Origin: the human T2T-CHM13v2.0 reference genome, Homo sapiens
Direction: 5' to 3' (one strand)
Assembly (NCBI RefSeq): GCF_009914755.1
Contig: NC_060937.1
DNA length: 64,000 nt
The position numbers were made by a program, and so were the translations under genes. The notes under the pieces were generated by a model, which saw only the letters and a list, made by a program, of their open reading frames with translations, was not told the origin of the DNA and searched no databases. This document shows, piece by piece, positions 27,520 through 46,107 of the stretch; within the stretch, counting starts at the first letter, position 1, and each line of letters begins with the position of its first letter.

Positions 27520-27603
27520 CTAGCCGTCTGGGCACCAGGTGAACCGGTTTAGCTCTGTTCTGCTCCTTCCACTTCTCCAGGTTGGCCAGCTCCTGCTCCG
27601 CAA
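27520..27603 (-). CDS. EPSTI1: EPSTI1 exon 3 (84 nt, IAEQELANLEKWKEQNRAKPVHLVPRRL)
   Basis: ttag| acceptor, G|gtaagc donor, open frame in phase 1-1. Confidence 0.95.
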   Translation of the reverse strand: MRSRSWPTWRSGRSRTELNRFTWCPDG

Positions 27604-28181
27604 CTAAGCCAGGCGAGAAATATCAAATCGTCAATTATTAGACTTCTAAAAGAAAACCAGTCCCTTCAAAGCATAAGAAACAACTATTAGAAGGCAATTA
27701 ACTATATGTGAGCATGAGTGAACAAGGCTTCCAGGTTAGAAACACAATATTCAGCCCTGACCCGTACAGGTCATCCTGGGCCCGGCCCTGTGGCACATTC
27801 TCACCAAGAGTCAGCACAGAGGGTTCGAATTTGAAAAACCACCTGGGCTCCTACTAAAAGAAGTATAGATTTTCCTACCATTCTGGCATTTTTAAAACTC
27901 TATATCAAGTTAATTTTTAAAGTTACCTATAGAAAATGTGTGCAAAACTAGAATATTTTCACGTCAATAAGAACTTTCCACACATAGGTAAACATATCCC
28001 CAGAGAATTCTGATGCCCATACTCGCTTTATCTTCAATGCTCCCAAGCTTACTGCGACTCTAGGGAATGAGGGCTCGGTGCTACAGGTGGAGACCCTTGC
28101 TCTGGTTTCAGGCACTCCAGACCACTGTGCAGAGTCGGCTTCCTGGGGAGCAGGGCTCATTTCCTAAATGTTCACTCTGCA

Positions 28182-28199
28182 CGACAGCAGGGGGCGCCA
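28182..28199 (+). promoter_or_regulatory. Candidate CTCF site (GACAGCAGGGGGCGCCA) in intron 2
   Basis: Close match to the CTCF core CCASCAGGGGGCGC in non-repetitive sequence. Confidence 0.6.
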
Positions 28200-29037
28200 G
28201 AGAGAAATTAGTTCTGTCACTCCAGCGCCTCCCCTTATCTCCTCATGAGACCTGTTTCAAATGTCCATTACTAGAAAAACAAATTCTGAAACATTTCGAA
28301 ATCCAGACCACATTGAGACTTAATCTCCTATTAAGTATTTAAATCAAAAGCTTGTAAGATACCAGAACTGCTGGCAGTTCCCATAGTCCCTGCATGGCTG
28401 TGATTGTCATATTCTGCACTGACCCGCTGTCCCACCCGGAGCTACATGTCCGGTGGAGACTCTTTAGAGAGCTTTTTCCCTTTTGTGCCTTTCTGTCCAT
28501 CATTAGTCATGAAGTTAAATTTCCTACCAATCATGTAATAAAGGAGACCATCGAATTTCAGCATAGCCCCACAGCTGGACTTGAGCAAGCCTACAATTTC
28601 TTTGTGAACTAAATGAACTTTAGTTCTCTTCCACCTCTAAAGGATAATGCTATAACTTTAAATGGCAGCATTTATATTTACTGTACATCAATTAAACATG
28701 TTATGTACGCATTAAGTACAGAGAGCACAAAAACGAGTAAGATGTGGTCCCTACCCTCAAGGAGGTTTATTGGCAATAAGTGTAAAGTTGTTCAAGCCAA
28801 CAGAAATCCAGGATCTACCATCATGTCATGAGTTCTGTTACTAACGTAGAGAAACAAACTTAGAAGTGTTAATAGTAGAATATTTTTAAAGGTATAATCA
28901 AAACTAAAAAAAACAAAAAACCTTGATGAGATTTGGTGAGTCTATATAAATGAGAAAATAAAAATACTTCACACCAAAACAAACCAATTGTAAAAAGAGA
29001 GAAGCATTCTGAATGTTAAATGAATGACTATACATAC

Positions 29038-29096
29038 TTCTTTGTATCTCATTTCTCCGGTTTATATTTGGTGCTATCAAGGTGTATGCACTTGTG
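29038..29096 (-). CDS. EPSTI1: EPSTI1 exon 2 (59 nt, TSAYTLIAPNINRRNEIQR)
   Basis: Polypyrimidine tract ttttctcttccttttag| acceptor, donor A|gtatgt; phase 2 continues exon 1 (CG+C=Arg). Confidence 0.95.
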
Positions 29097-32000
29097 CTAA
29101 AAGGAAGAGAAAAAAAATGCTTATTACCATGAGAAACTACCAATGCATATAAGCCACCAGATATTTTTCCTTCTATTATACTGTATTTATGATCATTACC
29201 ATCAAATAGGCACTATGAAAGATAATCTTCTTAAGACCCTGATCTGTTCTCTGGGACCTCACAATCTTGATGTCAAAGTAAAACAAAGGACATGGCCAAA
29301 TATGAAAATATAAAGCATTCGATGAGTGACAAGTGACTAGTTGGTGTACTGTCCTTGTAGGGCTCCACCGTTCCTCTAGGTGGTGCTTGTGAGTAAATTC
29401 CTTTAAGATGGCTTTAGATTGGCATTCTCTTCTGTGTGACCACACCGGGGTACAGGAAACATTGGTACATTTTCTGTTCCCACAGACTGATCCTAGAGGC
29501 CATTTGCAATGCAGCCACCTCCTCTTGATGATCTGAGTAACTAACTGGCTTTTAGGCTTTGACTTTTCTAGGCCTATGTCCACTGGTCTCTTCTTCTCCT
29601 AGGGACACAGGTTGAGCATAATCAGGGGCTCGGAGAAGCAAGGAGTCATTTCAACCAGGCGGATCAGGGAAGACTTTTTAAGAAAAATATTCACCTCTGT
29701 GACACTAGGAAGCTGTTAAAATATTGTGAGCTTTTGAGGGCAGAGAGTGTGCTTGATTGATGTGTATTCCAAGCCCCTGGCACAGTGTCTGGCACAAAGA
29801 CATTGGCTGCTTGATAAATGTGGGCTGAATTAAAACAAAATGATGCTACAGACCCAGCCTGTGAGTCTGTGTGGGGGTGGCTCTTTTTTGAGATGATGCA
29901 CGTGATCCCACAAGAACATGAATACTCCATTAAGCAATAATATAGCACAGCAACAGACTGCAGCATACATGTAGGTACAGTTTTAAGAGAAATGCTGTGG
30001 ATAAACACAACCAGCTTCTAACTGTAGGATTTAAGAGGGGGGGAAAAAAACCCCACCCAGATACTCTTGGAAGTCTCTCTCTTCTACCTGAATACACAAT
30101 TTCAAAGGGCAAATTAGCAAAGATTGAACTGTAGAGGCCAAAAGCACTGATCAACAGAAGCCATTTCCTTCCTTATCTCATTATTTTTCTAGCAGCTAGC
30201 CTTCAGCCAGCTTCAAACTGGGCTTTAATTTTAGACTTGTAAATGTGAGGTGTGCAACAGCCTTTGCATGCAAATGGGGCTGCTGGATGCCCAATTACTT
30301 AATGTATATCAGCAGACGTTGCATGTGTAGCCTAGCATGCATACAACGTTATGAATACAAAATTAGGAGACTGCCACTGGCAATTAATCCCTTGTCCATT
30401 GCACATTCTTTGTACACCCTAAGAAACATTTTTCACTTCTGAATTGCCAGTACTTTTTAGGAGCTTGGAAGCTGCAATCCCGTGGGTAGTCCCTGGAAAC
30501 TTGAATATGATGCAATGGTGAGCCATGCTACAGAGACTGAAAGCTGAAACATGAGATACGAGACGTAAATGCCAATCATGAAATTGCTACACAATCTTCA
30601 ATGTCTGCTAACATTGCAGTATAGAGCTTCTCTCTATACCACAAATTTGACTATACTCCAGATCAGTAGTTCTCAGCCTTTATCGTGCATCATAATCACC
30701 AGGAGGGCTTGTCCGCGAGCTTGAGAGTTTCTAATTCAGTAGCCTGCGACTGGGTCAAATAACTTACATTTTTAACAAGTTCCAAGATGATGCTGTTCTT
30801 GATCTAGGTACCACACTTGGAAAACCACTACTATAGAGCAATCAAGCTATCTTAGAACATTTGGGATAAAAGAAAACTTAGGTATTCATAAATCACTGGT
30901 AAAGACACAGAGGTTGAATCTCAGGCCAAAGATCACCAGGTCAATTGAGCAACACTGATGAGACTCCAGTCTAAGACTTTTGACTTAGATCAGTTTTCTG
31001 TCTGCAGCTAACTTTTCAACTCAATGTGCAAAGCATAAAATATGACCATCCTTTAACTTTAGTCCCTTGATAGACTTCCAAACAATGCAACCTACTTAAC
31101 TGGGCACTTATTATGGATTTATTGTATTAGGGGCTTGTAGAGAGTGAGGGGAGATTCCAGAACAGGGATACTAATCACTTTAACAGAACTTACACTTTAG
31201 TTAGGAACAAGTCAAGAAACCACAAAAGCACCCCACGAGAATATCCAACCACTCAACATGAGTTCTGGATGGGGAAAAAAACAAAAATAAATAAATAAAA
31301 AATAAATTAAAAAAGAATATCCAAACAAGTCTTAAAGTGGGAATGATGTAAGTACTCAGAGATCCAAAACAGTGGAGATTCATAGAGACCTCAGAAGAGT
31401 AAAAAACTGAATAGCACGAAATAAGAATAGTAAGTTGAGGCTTAAAGAATAGGATCTGAAATAGCAAAAGTGTTTCTTTGCCAGGACTTTGCCAAAAGCA
31501 GCTTCACAGAGAATTTTCCAAGTCCATGAGTCTCTCTTACGGAAATTTTGCAAAAGGTTTGGAGAGAAAAATCAATTCATTTGTAAAAGATTGTATTCTA
31601 CAATATCTAATCTGGTTAAGTTTTTAAGTCCGACATCATACTAGAATCTTCCGTCTTAAGAATAGGACTTCAGTCAATCTATGGCCAATGTGTGTAGCTT
31701 ACAGGTACCTAATAGAGAAACATAAAATAAAGGGAAAGAATTAGCTCTGAATTTAGAGGGTTTTTACTGAAAGCATTTTAGCATAAACCCAGGCAGTGGT
31801 CCCAGTAATAAACGTTTTATGTAAATTTTATGTGAATTGCTCAGCAACCTTCTCAGCAATATTTTATTGACTGAAAATGCCAAATCTGAAACATGTTATA
31901 ATAGTCCCAAGAAAGCATTGCCAAGTAAATGGTAAGGAACTTAGCTTCTATTTCTATTTCTTAATATAAGAAGAAGAGCTTAAGTCAAAGGATATGCTTT

Positions 32001-32469
32001 TTATTTTTTAATATCATGTGTCAGAGTGTAATGCCTTAGTAGATACAAATATTCATCCCTTCTTTCTTAGCTTTCTCTTGACATGAAGAGCAAGTATAAT
32101 TTATTAATGTTTTCAGCCAATTAGTTTCTACCCACAGCAAAGGCCTTTGCTGTTTTAACCTATGTGCTATCTCTTCCAACAGCCTGACTCTCAAAGTTGC
32201 TAATCTAGACAAGCCCAACAACCAACATTTCGCATTCTTGTCATTTCCTGATTAAGCAACATTCAAGCCACTGAAATAAATATATATATTTGAAAATGAG
32301 TCTCCTTAATTACCTCATTGAAATTTAATGAAAGATCTCAATTTGTAAGATTATTTTCACTTTCCAACAGCGCACATCCGTGAGATATACTGAGGGAGAA
32401 TATATGAAAGAACAGACAAGATAAAATGTTTTTCTGCACCATAAGAAACATAAAATAAAAAGATATTCA

Positions 32470-33173
<704 letters not shown>

Positions 33174-36100
33174 TTATCAATAAGTACTCTGAAAAAATGT
33201 TATGTTGAAGTTATCAAAAATATCTTGGCTGGCTAAAAGTATTACATAACAATATCCCCTGGTGTGTACAAACTGCACCAGATGTAATTTAAATTTGTAA
33301 TTAGGAGCAACACTGGTTTGACAGAAAAAGAAATGCAGTTAAGAGCAAAAGTTCAGAAAGAGAAAATTAAGTGAAAAACATAATTTCAAGCAGAATAGTA
33401 GACATGTAAAGTCTACAGTCCTGCAAAAAGTTGAAGTTTTCATAGTTCAAGAAAATCTTATCCTTGGGTATATATAAATTGAAAAAAAAAGACTTAGAGA
33501 TAATCAAAGGCATTTCGATACTTATCTTTCCAGATAAGACATTCCATATTGGTTTTTGTTACATGACCTTCAATGTAAGAATCGGAAACTTACTGTTTTC
33601 AGTCAACATTGAGTCAAAACTTTTGAGGCATTTAGGTTTCCAAAAGTTTGTTCATACATAGATCAAATTCCCAAGAATAATAGAAAATGACAAGACCAGG
33701 CCGAGCGAATTACCCTTGACCCCTAAGCCTATATTATACCACCCCTGATCAAGTATTCCACATCTCCAGTGTGGAAACATTTATGAATTGTCTTTGGCCT
33801 CAGAAACTACAGAGGCTAAGATACTGTCTGCACACCCAAGAAGCTGATGTGTAATTGATTAGTTCTTTCATCAGTACAACTCATTGCCTCTGTTAGACGG
33901 CTGAATACAGACACAGTGGGTAAAGACAGATAAATAAGCAGGAAATCATCGGGGCCTTTGTTTATAGGATGCCTTTAAGAAAATGAGAGGCATACACACC
34001 CAGGATCCCCATGGCTTACTGAGATATTGTAAATTCATGCAAACTAGAAAAAAAGTGCTGCTTCTTTCAGATGGAGGTAATCCCACACTAAGATACATGG
34101 TTTGGTATGTATCTCAGCCACAAATCACACCTTAGCTGGGCAAGTGTGTGTAGTCACCAATCTGCACAACCATATAGAATCGACCTGAGATGATGTATTT
34201 CTTCACTTAAACACACACACACACATAAGTAAAAGCCACACAAAAAAAAAGTTAGCAAGAAGGAGTCACACTAAAGATATAAAGAGTGTATATGAAGTAC
34301 AATATTGTAGGGACTCACCATCTTTAAGAGGCCAAAAACCAATGATGGGACCATCGTTGAGATGGAGACCAACTGGTAGGTATACTTACAAAATGTCTTG
34401 TAACTACTTCCTCAGTAAAAATAACTGTAAGAAATTCATATTTTCAGAACATAGAGATGTCAGGTCTGGGATTTGATTGGATTCCACTTACAAGCTAATA
34501 AGTTAGCCTGTTACTGTTTCACAGACACTGGCAGAAGACATGAAATTCCTGGATCAGAGACAAAGACTTTATTACTGATGGCACAGTAGGCAGCATGAGC
34601 ACCAGCTTATTTACATCTATTCTCTCTGGCCTCCAGTCTTATGATGGGCGCAACAGGATGGATGCTGCACACATGGTGTGTTTGCATTGCAGCTGATAAA
34701 ATCCTTCGGGAATACACCATTTTTACAGCAGATAGTAAGTGAGCCTGGTCTTTGTCCTGGGAGAACAAACCTTATCTCTCAAGGTTCCCAGCTAAATAAA
34801 TAACTCTAAGAAATAGGTTAAAGAGTGGTCTTGGCACATCCAACAAAACGTAAGTGTACCTGAGGCCCTAGGGGGACTCTCTTTTCCAGCAAGAGAATAT
34901 TTAGTATTAACATTCATATTAAGAATGGCTTAATGATAAATAAATTGATATTGGCAGAAAAACCACTTACTTATGAAATGTGCTATATATTTTCTCTTCC
35001 CATTATTATTATTAATAGACTTAGAATGGATTATGTTTATGTCTCAAGCCTTACTCAAGGTTATCTATAACTTAAAGGAAAAAACCAGAAATGCAAGACA
35101 TAGTGATGTACTCCAAAATCTGTACATAGAACACTTAGAAATGAAATTCATGTTTTCTGATTTTGAAAGAAACACACTTGTAAAAGAAAATTCAGAAAAC
35201 TATTTTAAAAACATTTAAAAGTCACACATAATCCCACCTCTCAAACACCACAATTACAATTTTATTTGGGTGAATTTACTTTTCATCTATGCTCTATACA
35301 TATTATTACACAGTTGCAAACATATTTTAAGTACAGCTGTACATCCTGCTTTCATTTATAAGTGGTTTTCCTAATTTGATTATATATGTAACATGCTTAA
35401 TTCTCAATGGCTATGTAGTATTTCATGATATTGGTGCATCATATAACCACTCAACTATTGCAACTGTTTCAATTATTCACTATTATAAATAATCCTACAG
35501 GATGTACAAAGCATAATGCTTTCAGCAGAACATTATCCAGAAGAAAACGCTAACAGTCCTCTGAATTCAATACTCTGAACAGGAATGTGGGCTACATTTA
35601 AACTTTTCTTCCTTAGATATCCTATTTACATTTCAAAAATCTGAGACAACATAATCATATGATTAATTTCCACTCTTATGTGTGACATCCTTTATTCTTT
35701 AACCAAAAGAGATGTAGGCCCTACCCAACATTCACTCTCACTTCCTCCTTGCTAATAGCACTTCTGTATTATTCAGACAGAGAATGTGCCCAATTAAAAG
35801 ACTACAGCCACCAACCTTCTGTATAGTTAGGTAAAATTATGTGATTAAGTTTGAGAAATTGAGACATAAGTGGAAGTCACGGAGAGAGATTTCTAGAAAG
35901 CCTCCTTTAAGTGGTGGTAGACAAATAGAAAAAGCTGTTTTGTTACTTTCCTTCTTCCTGGAAGGTTGATGTGGTAGCTGGTGCTCAAGCAACCATCTTA
36001 GTCAATGAGGCAACCTGAATATGGAAGACATGATCAGGAATGGCAGAGCAGAAAGTCAGAAGCAGTCTGGTGCTCTGTGACCATGAAAACACCACATCAG

Positions 36101-36244
36101 TGGTAATCCGTTGCTGTACTGCCCAACTTCAAACCCTAATTCTGTTATTTCCTATCTGTACAACTTTGAGCAGATTATTCAGTTTTTCTATTTTTTCACC
36201 TGTGAAATCAGGATAACTATCCACTTCATAGGATATAAAGTGCT

Positions 36245-37020
<776 letters not shown>

Positions 37021-37723
37021 TTCTGAGAACAATGCCAGAAAATAACAAATATTCTATTATAGTTTTCCATTATTTGTATTAGATCATCCCTAGACTACCT
37101 ACCTTCAGACTTATTTTATGGGAGAGAAATAAAGAAAGCCATAGATACTTACTTAAGATAACTAAGGGGACATCTATTGCATTGTATGTAATTATAACAA
37201 CTATATATAACATATATGACATCTATTTTATATGTAACAACTTAGCCCTGAATCACTAGGACATCTCCTTTCTTCATGCTGTGACTGATTCCCTTTGCTG
37301 CATCTTCTTTCATAAATATATATCATTAAGTTTTTTCTAATTATTTCTTTATATCCCTGTTTCTGGCTCTTCCTTTTAACAACTGTATCCTGGTTCCTGA
37401 TTCTTTCCTTTGAATAATAAGGACCACTGCATGAAACAAAGTAGTATTTATAAATAATACATCTTAAAAATTAGTACATATTTTTTCTCCTGTAAATGGT
37501 AGCATGATTCTGAGCCCAGGCTTTTTTCATTAAATTATGTATTAACGTATAACGTAACTACAGAAAACGGCACAAATTTTAAGCATACAGCTTCATAAGA
37601 AAAGTTCTTTTACATTCTCCAGGTTCCAAAAGAGAAAAGGAAAAAAATAACAATAGGCACAATGAGCTTTAGAATATCACCTAAAATTGTATTTCCCCCA
37701 ATGTTTTAAGAAATTTTAAGCCG

Positions 37724-38067
<344 letters not shown>

Positions 38068-38752
38068 TTATTAAAATGAATATCCATATACTGTTTACTT
38101 ATATTTACCAATTGTTAATGTTTTCCCACATTTGCTTTTTCTCTTTTAACCATATGAAAATAAGCTGCAGGGTCATAACACATCATCCCTAAATATTTTA
38201 GCATGTATCTCCTAAAAATAAAAACAGTCTCCTACTTAAATATAATACCATTATCACACCAAGAAATTTAACATTAATATTGCCTAATAGTCTATATTCA
38301 AATTTCCAAATTGTTTCCATTTTAATATTCTTCCCTACCTTTACCTCATCCTAGATCCAATTATGGATTACACATTTCTATGGTTTGACATGTGTTTGTA
38401 GACTCCTATGAGCTCAGACAATTTCCTTGACTTTTTTTTTCTTTCTTTCATGACTGACATATTTGAAGAGTTCAGGTAACTTTTCTTATAGAATGCTTCA
38501 CAATCTGGATGTAAGGAAAAGATTATTTCCTCATGATTCGATTAGGTTAAACATTTTTAGAAAGAATACTAGATAAGACATGTTATCCAAGATGCCACTG
38601 TGAGAACAAAGGTTGTTTCCTTGTGCAACTAAATAATAAGCCAAAGTGAAAAACAAGATCCGTCTATATGATGGAGTGCAATCACAGTTTAAAACAAAGA
38701 TTAGAAAAAGAGTATCTGTCACATTCTATTGGCAATAGAAATCAAAGGGCAT

Positions 38753-39114
38753 TGTATTAGTCCATTCTCATGCTGCTAATAAAGACATACTTGAGACTGG
38801 GTGATTTATAAAGAAAAAGAGGTTTAATGGACTCACAGTTCCACATGGCTGGGGAGGCCTCACAATCATGGTGGAAGGCAAAGGAGGAGCAAAGGCATAT
38901 CTTACATGGTGGCAGGCAAGAGAGCACGTGCAGAGGAACTGCCCTTTATAAAACCATCAGGTCTCATAAAACTTACTCACTTTCGAGAACAGCACAGGAA
39001 AAAACAGCCCCCATAATTCAATTACCTCCCATGGGTCCCTCCCACAATACATGGTGATTATGGGAGCTACAATTCAAGATGAGATTTGGGTGGGGACACA
39101 GCCAAACCATATTA
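38753..39114 (-). mobile_element. THE1 solo LTR
   Basis: Full LTR with 5-bp TSD GGCAT (38748-38752, 39115-39119). Confidence 0.92.
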
Positions 39115-40433
39115 GGCATCATGGCCCTAGGTTTTCTACTTGGAATAAAGAGTCAAAGAGTGCAATCTGTACTTTAGAGATTTCTTTACACTAAACTCTT
39201 TGAAGTGTTTATTTCTAAGGGTCAGAATTGCAGGGGACTTTCACATTCTGTATTATTTTTGAAATGTTTGAGTTTTTATAACAAGCAGATATGACTTTAC
39301 TTTTATAATCAGAGAAACATATTCTGAAGATTTTTAATAGAGAAATATTTAATATAAAGATTTCTTATAGCAGGGGCTCAGCTTTTCTTACAAGATTAGG
39401 TAGCATAGGTTTCTGCTTTCACTAGTACCATAGTAAAACAAACAATGGGCAATACTAGCCCTTGAGTTTTAATGATGGTAAACATCTTCAGTTTTTCTAC
39501 AGGACTTTAATGGATTTTCTTTTAAGTCTTCATATTTGCAGGGGGTGGGGGACAGGGAATTACAAACATTACAGAACAAAGGAACCATCATCAGCCGATT
39601 CTCTGATATAGAATAGACCCTTCAAATGCAGTCATCTCCCTTTGATTATTTTCTTTCCTCTTAAGCTTTTGTTTCAGATTCAAATACATTCTGAATAGAT
39701 GCAATTAACCTTAATATGTATAACCTTACAGCACTCTACTGACTTTGAAGTAAGTAACCTTACTGTGTAATTGAACTAAGTTTCTTTCTCATTTCTGCTA
39801 TGGTTCTACTGATTATTGTTGGTAATATGTTTTCAAGCTTTCATCATCCTGTTGATTTATTGTTTCACCGTTCCAGCTGCCAAAGACTTTTTAGCAATTC
39901 CCATTCATTTTTGGTGATATTGTATTTGAACAAAAATGATTGCTCCCCAAGGCTTGGCAGACCACAAATGCATGCCATACTGAGGAATGGAATCCAGTGC
40001 AGAAAAGTTGGAAATTCCTTCTAAACAGGACCATAATTTCTACCGTCCTGCACAAACAGGAATGTAAATTTGATCTAATCAAACCAAAACGTTTTTTTCT
40101 TTTCATCCACTCTGTCTCTTCTGTCATGCATAGAACTGTGCTTTTCAAACTGTAGGAGGTAACCCTCTAATGGGTTATGAAATCAATTCAGTGGATTTAT
40201 TTTTAATGAACAAGAATAGAAACTGTCAGAGTACATCACATATAATAAAGGTGAAAATTGTTTTGTGAAATTTTTTCAGTTATATATACCCTAATATATA
40301 CTCAGTCAGGTACTAGGTCATGATGTCAAATGAATTGCTCACTGTAGGCTATGATCAGAAGTCTGAAAAAAAAAATCACTGTAAGTTACTATGTTGTTGA
40401 GGTTGCACAGTGAGAGTGAGATAACTGCTCTAA

Positions 40434-40986
40434 TGTCAGAGGTGTTTGAACCAGAGAGATTCCACCTTGAATAGGGGCTGGGTAAAATAAAGCTAAAACC
40501 TGCTGGGCTGCATTCCCAGACAGTTAAGGCATTCTAAGTCACAGGATGAGATAGGAGGTTGGCACAAGATACAGGTCCTAAAGACCTTGCTGATAAGACA
40601 GTTTTCAGTAAAGAAGCCAGCTAAAACCCACCAAAACCAAGATGGCAACGAGAGTGACCTCTGGTTTTCCTCAAAGCTACACTCCCACCAGCACCATGAC
40701 AGTTTACAAATGCCATGGCAACATCAGGAAGTTACCCTAGATGGTCTAAAGAGGGGAAGCATGAATAACCCACCCCTTGTTTAGCATAAAATTAAGAAAT
40801 AACCATAAAAATGGGCAACCAGCAAGCCTTGGGGCTGCTCTGCCTATGGAGTAGTCACTCTTTATTCCTTTACTTTCTTAATAAACTTGCTCTCACTTTG
40901 CTCTATAGACTTGCCCTGAATTATTTCTTGTGTAACATCCAAGAACCTTCTCTTGGGGTCCGGATCAGGACCCCTTGCCAGTAACA
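40434..40986 (+). mobile_element. MER41A solo LTR (ERV1)
   Basis: tgtcagaggtgtttgaaccagag..gtaaca, 553 bp, 4-bp TSD CTAA; lacks the MER41B GAS segment. Confidence 0.88.
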
Positions 40987-41103
40987 CTAACACAAGGCTA
41001 CCAAGCTCACCTGTCATTTGTGAAAAGCAGCAGAACAAAGGGAATCCCCAGAGAAACTTTTCTCCTGCAAAGTACTTCTCTATTCAAATCATTTTAAAGC
41101 TAT

Positions 41104-41620
41104 GATGGGGTTCACGACATGTTATCCCAAAATATAGCACCTTGGTATTTGAGAAAACAGCAAAAGGAGGAAGGCCTCTCTGACCTTCTCTCATCTTTTT
41201 CCCCTGAAGCAAGCCATAAAAAATTTCTCTGACCTTCCTCTAAGGTAGGTCATAATATCCTCATTTCAGAGGGATCCTCCCTCCTCCCTAAACCCATAGG
41301 AAAGAAGTGGAGACATAGAGACACAAAGAATTTGAACAAACAGGACTTGCTAAGCTTCCCCAGTTTATGTCATTAGACCATACTCCTTTTTGACCAATCA
41401 TACTTCTATATACTATCCACTCTTCATCAAACCTAAGCATAAAAAGACACAGTTTTCCCTGGTTCTTTGAATCTTCATTTTTGGATGCTCCTATGTCCTA
41501 TAAAACTTATGTTAAATGAATGGGTATGCTTTTCTCTTGTTAATCTGTCTTTTTTTATAGGGATATCAGCCATGAACCTAGGGATAGGTAAGGAAAGAAA
41601 TCTTCCCCTCTCTGCAACTG
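41104..41620 (+). mobile_element. MER39/MER34-like ERV1 LTR
   Basis: tgatggggttca..cccaaaatatagcaccttgg..gcttttctcttgttaatctgtct. Confidence 0.65.
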
Positions 41621-41707
41621 TAAATGTCACATTACTGCTTCGATATTACCACTCTCTTTAGCCTATAGAACTTCTCTTTTCTTAATGTCAACATAAAACA
41701 ATGATAG

Positions 41708-42050
<343 letters not shown>

Positions 42051-43394
42051 CTATTCTCCATCTGTACATCATATTCAAGATCCAAAATTTGGTAGATAGA
42101 CATAGGTTTGAATACTGGTTCTGTCACTCAAAAAGCCATGAGATCTTGGAAAATCATTTTATTTTCAAGACTCAGTTTCCTCATCTTTAAGGTAGCAAAT
42201 GGCTTATCATGAAGAGAATATTCAATAATGTACCTGACATACTTAACACAAGGTCTAGCACATGGCTAATCATGGAAAACACATGAGCTACTAATTGTTA
42301 TTTTGGTTTTAGTCTCTCAGGGGTACCCAGTTTAATTTTTCCAGATCATAACTAATTTACTTTATGCTACAACAGGATTCCAATGCTTCATTACATTTCT
42401 CATTTCAAAAATAAGTCAAATAGTAGTAGTATTAGTATCTGATAATCATTGAGACATCTACCCAGCTCATTAAGACATGTCATTAGGAAGAGTTAAATAC
42501 TATCTGTTGCTTTATAAACTTTCTGCATGCTAGAGATTGACTTAAATAATCCCCTAATGAATAACCATCTATATTGAGCCATCAAGATTACTCATTACAA
42601 TCAATCACAGATACTATCTTCCAATGTACTATTATTTCATAACATTAAAAGGAACTCCAGCATTACCCAATTCTCCATCTCCAGGGAAGAATACTAGACT
42701 GATGCATTCAGGCCACTTAGCATCTATAAGCAGAATTTTATTCTCATAATCATATAGAGAAGGAAATTGAACATCTGAACATTGCAGTGAGGAAGAAATA
42801 GTGAAAACAGTTCTAATATGCTCTAATAAGTTTGTTAAAACTTGTACTTCATTTCAGAATATTTTATGTGGCTTATTCAGATGCAAATAATGTGAGTCAA
42901 AATGACTTAAGTTCTGTCTCAGACATAAGAAACCATACTTCAGGATTGCAGAAAGTAGACACTAAATAGTGAAATTGATAAAAATTTAACACTATAACTT
43001 AGTGACTTTATTATTGTATATCCCACCTTGTATTCCATCTTATAATTACAAAATACTTTACAAAATTTAACAATGCTTTTTAGGGAGAAAAGAGAAAAAT
43101 CAGGATTGGCCATGATGAACTGCTCTTACCAAACCATCATTTATTCTCCTTTTATCTCCCTTGAGAGTTTGGGGATGAAGAGAAGGATTACAAAGATTAT
43201 TTCCTTCCCTCAAGCATAACAAACTGGTGGGACGCATTAAGGTTGGATCAAGGAAATTAGGAAATGTTTTTCTGGGCCCTGAAGGAGGAAATGAGAAAAA
43301 GAATGGGTTTCCCCAATCTGCATAGAGAGCATGCCAACAACAGACATAAATAAGATGTCTAAGTGTTGAGGTTGCAGTAGGGTGTTTTAGAGAC

Positions 43395-45750
<2,356 letters not shown>

Positions 45751-45878
45751 TGACATATTTGATGTCAGGAAAAAAAAAACCACACAACTCCTAATGATCC
45801 TGTAGACCAAAGCTCAAACGTCACCTCTAAGGAAAGATCTTCCTGCTCCCAAGACCAGCTGAGACCCCAGCTTTCCTT

Positions 45879-46107
45879 GCAAGCTTGTCCAGCCCAGGGC
45901 CCACAAGGTGCATGTAGCCCAGGTGGCTCAGGATGGCTTTGAATGTGGCCCAACACAAATTCATAAACTTTCTTAAAACATTGAGGTTTTTTTGCGATTT
46001 TTTTTTTAAGCTCATCCACTATGATTAGTGTTAGTGTATTTTGTGTGGGGCCAAGACGATTCTTCTTCCCATGTGGCCCCAGGAAGCCAAAAGATTGGAT
46101 ACCCCTG
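45879..46107. mobile_element. MER30 (hAT-Charlie)
   Basis: caagcttgtcc..ggctttgaatgtggcccaacacaaattc..aaaagattggatacccctg. Confidence 0.85.
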
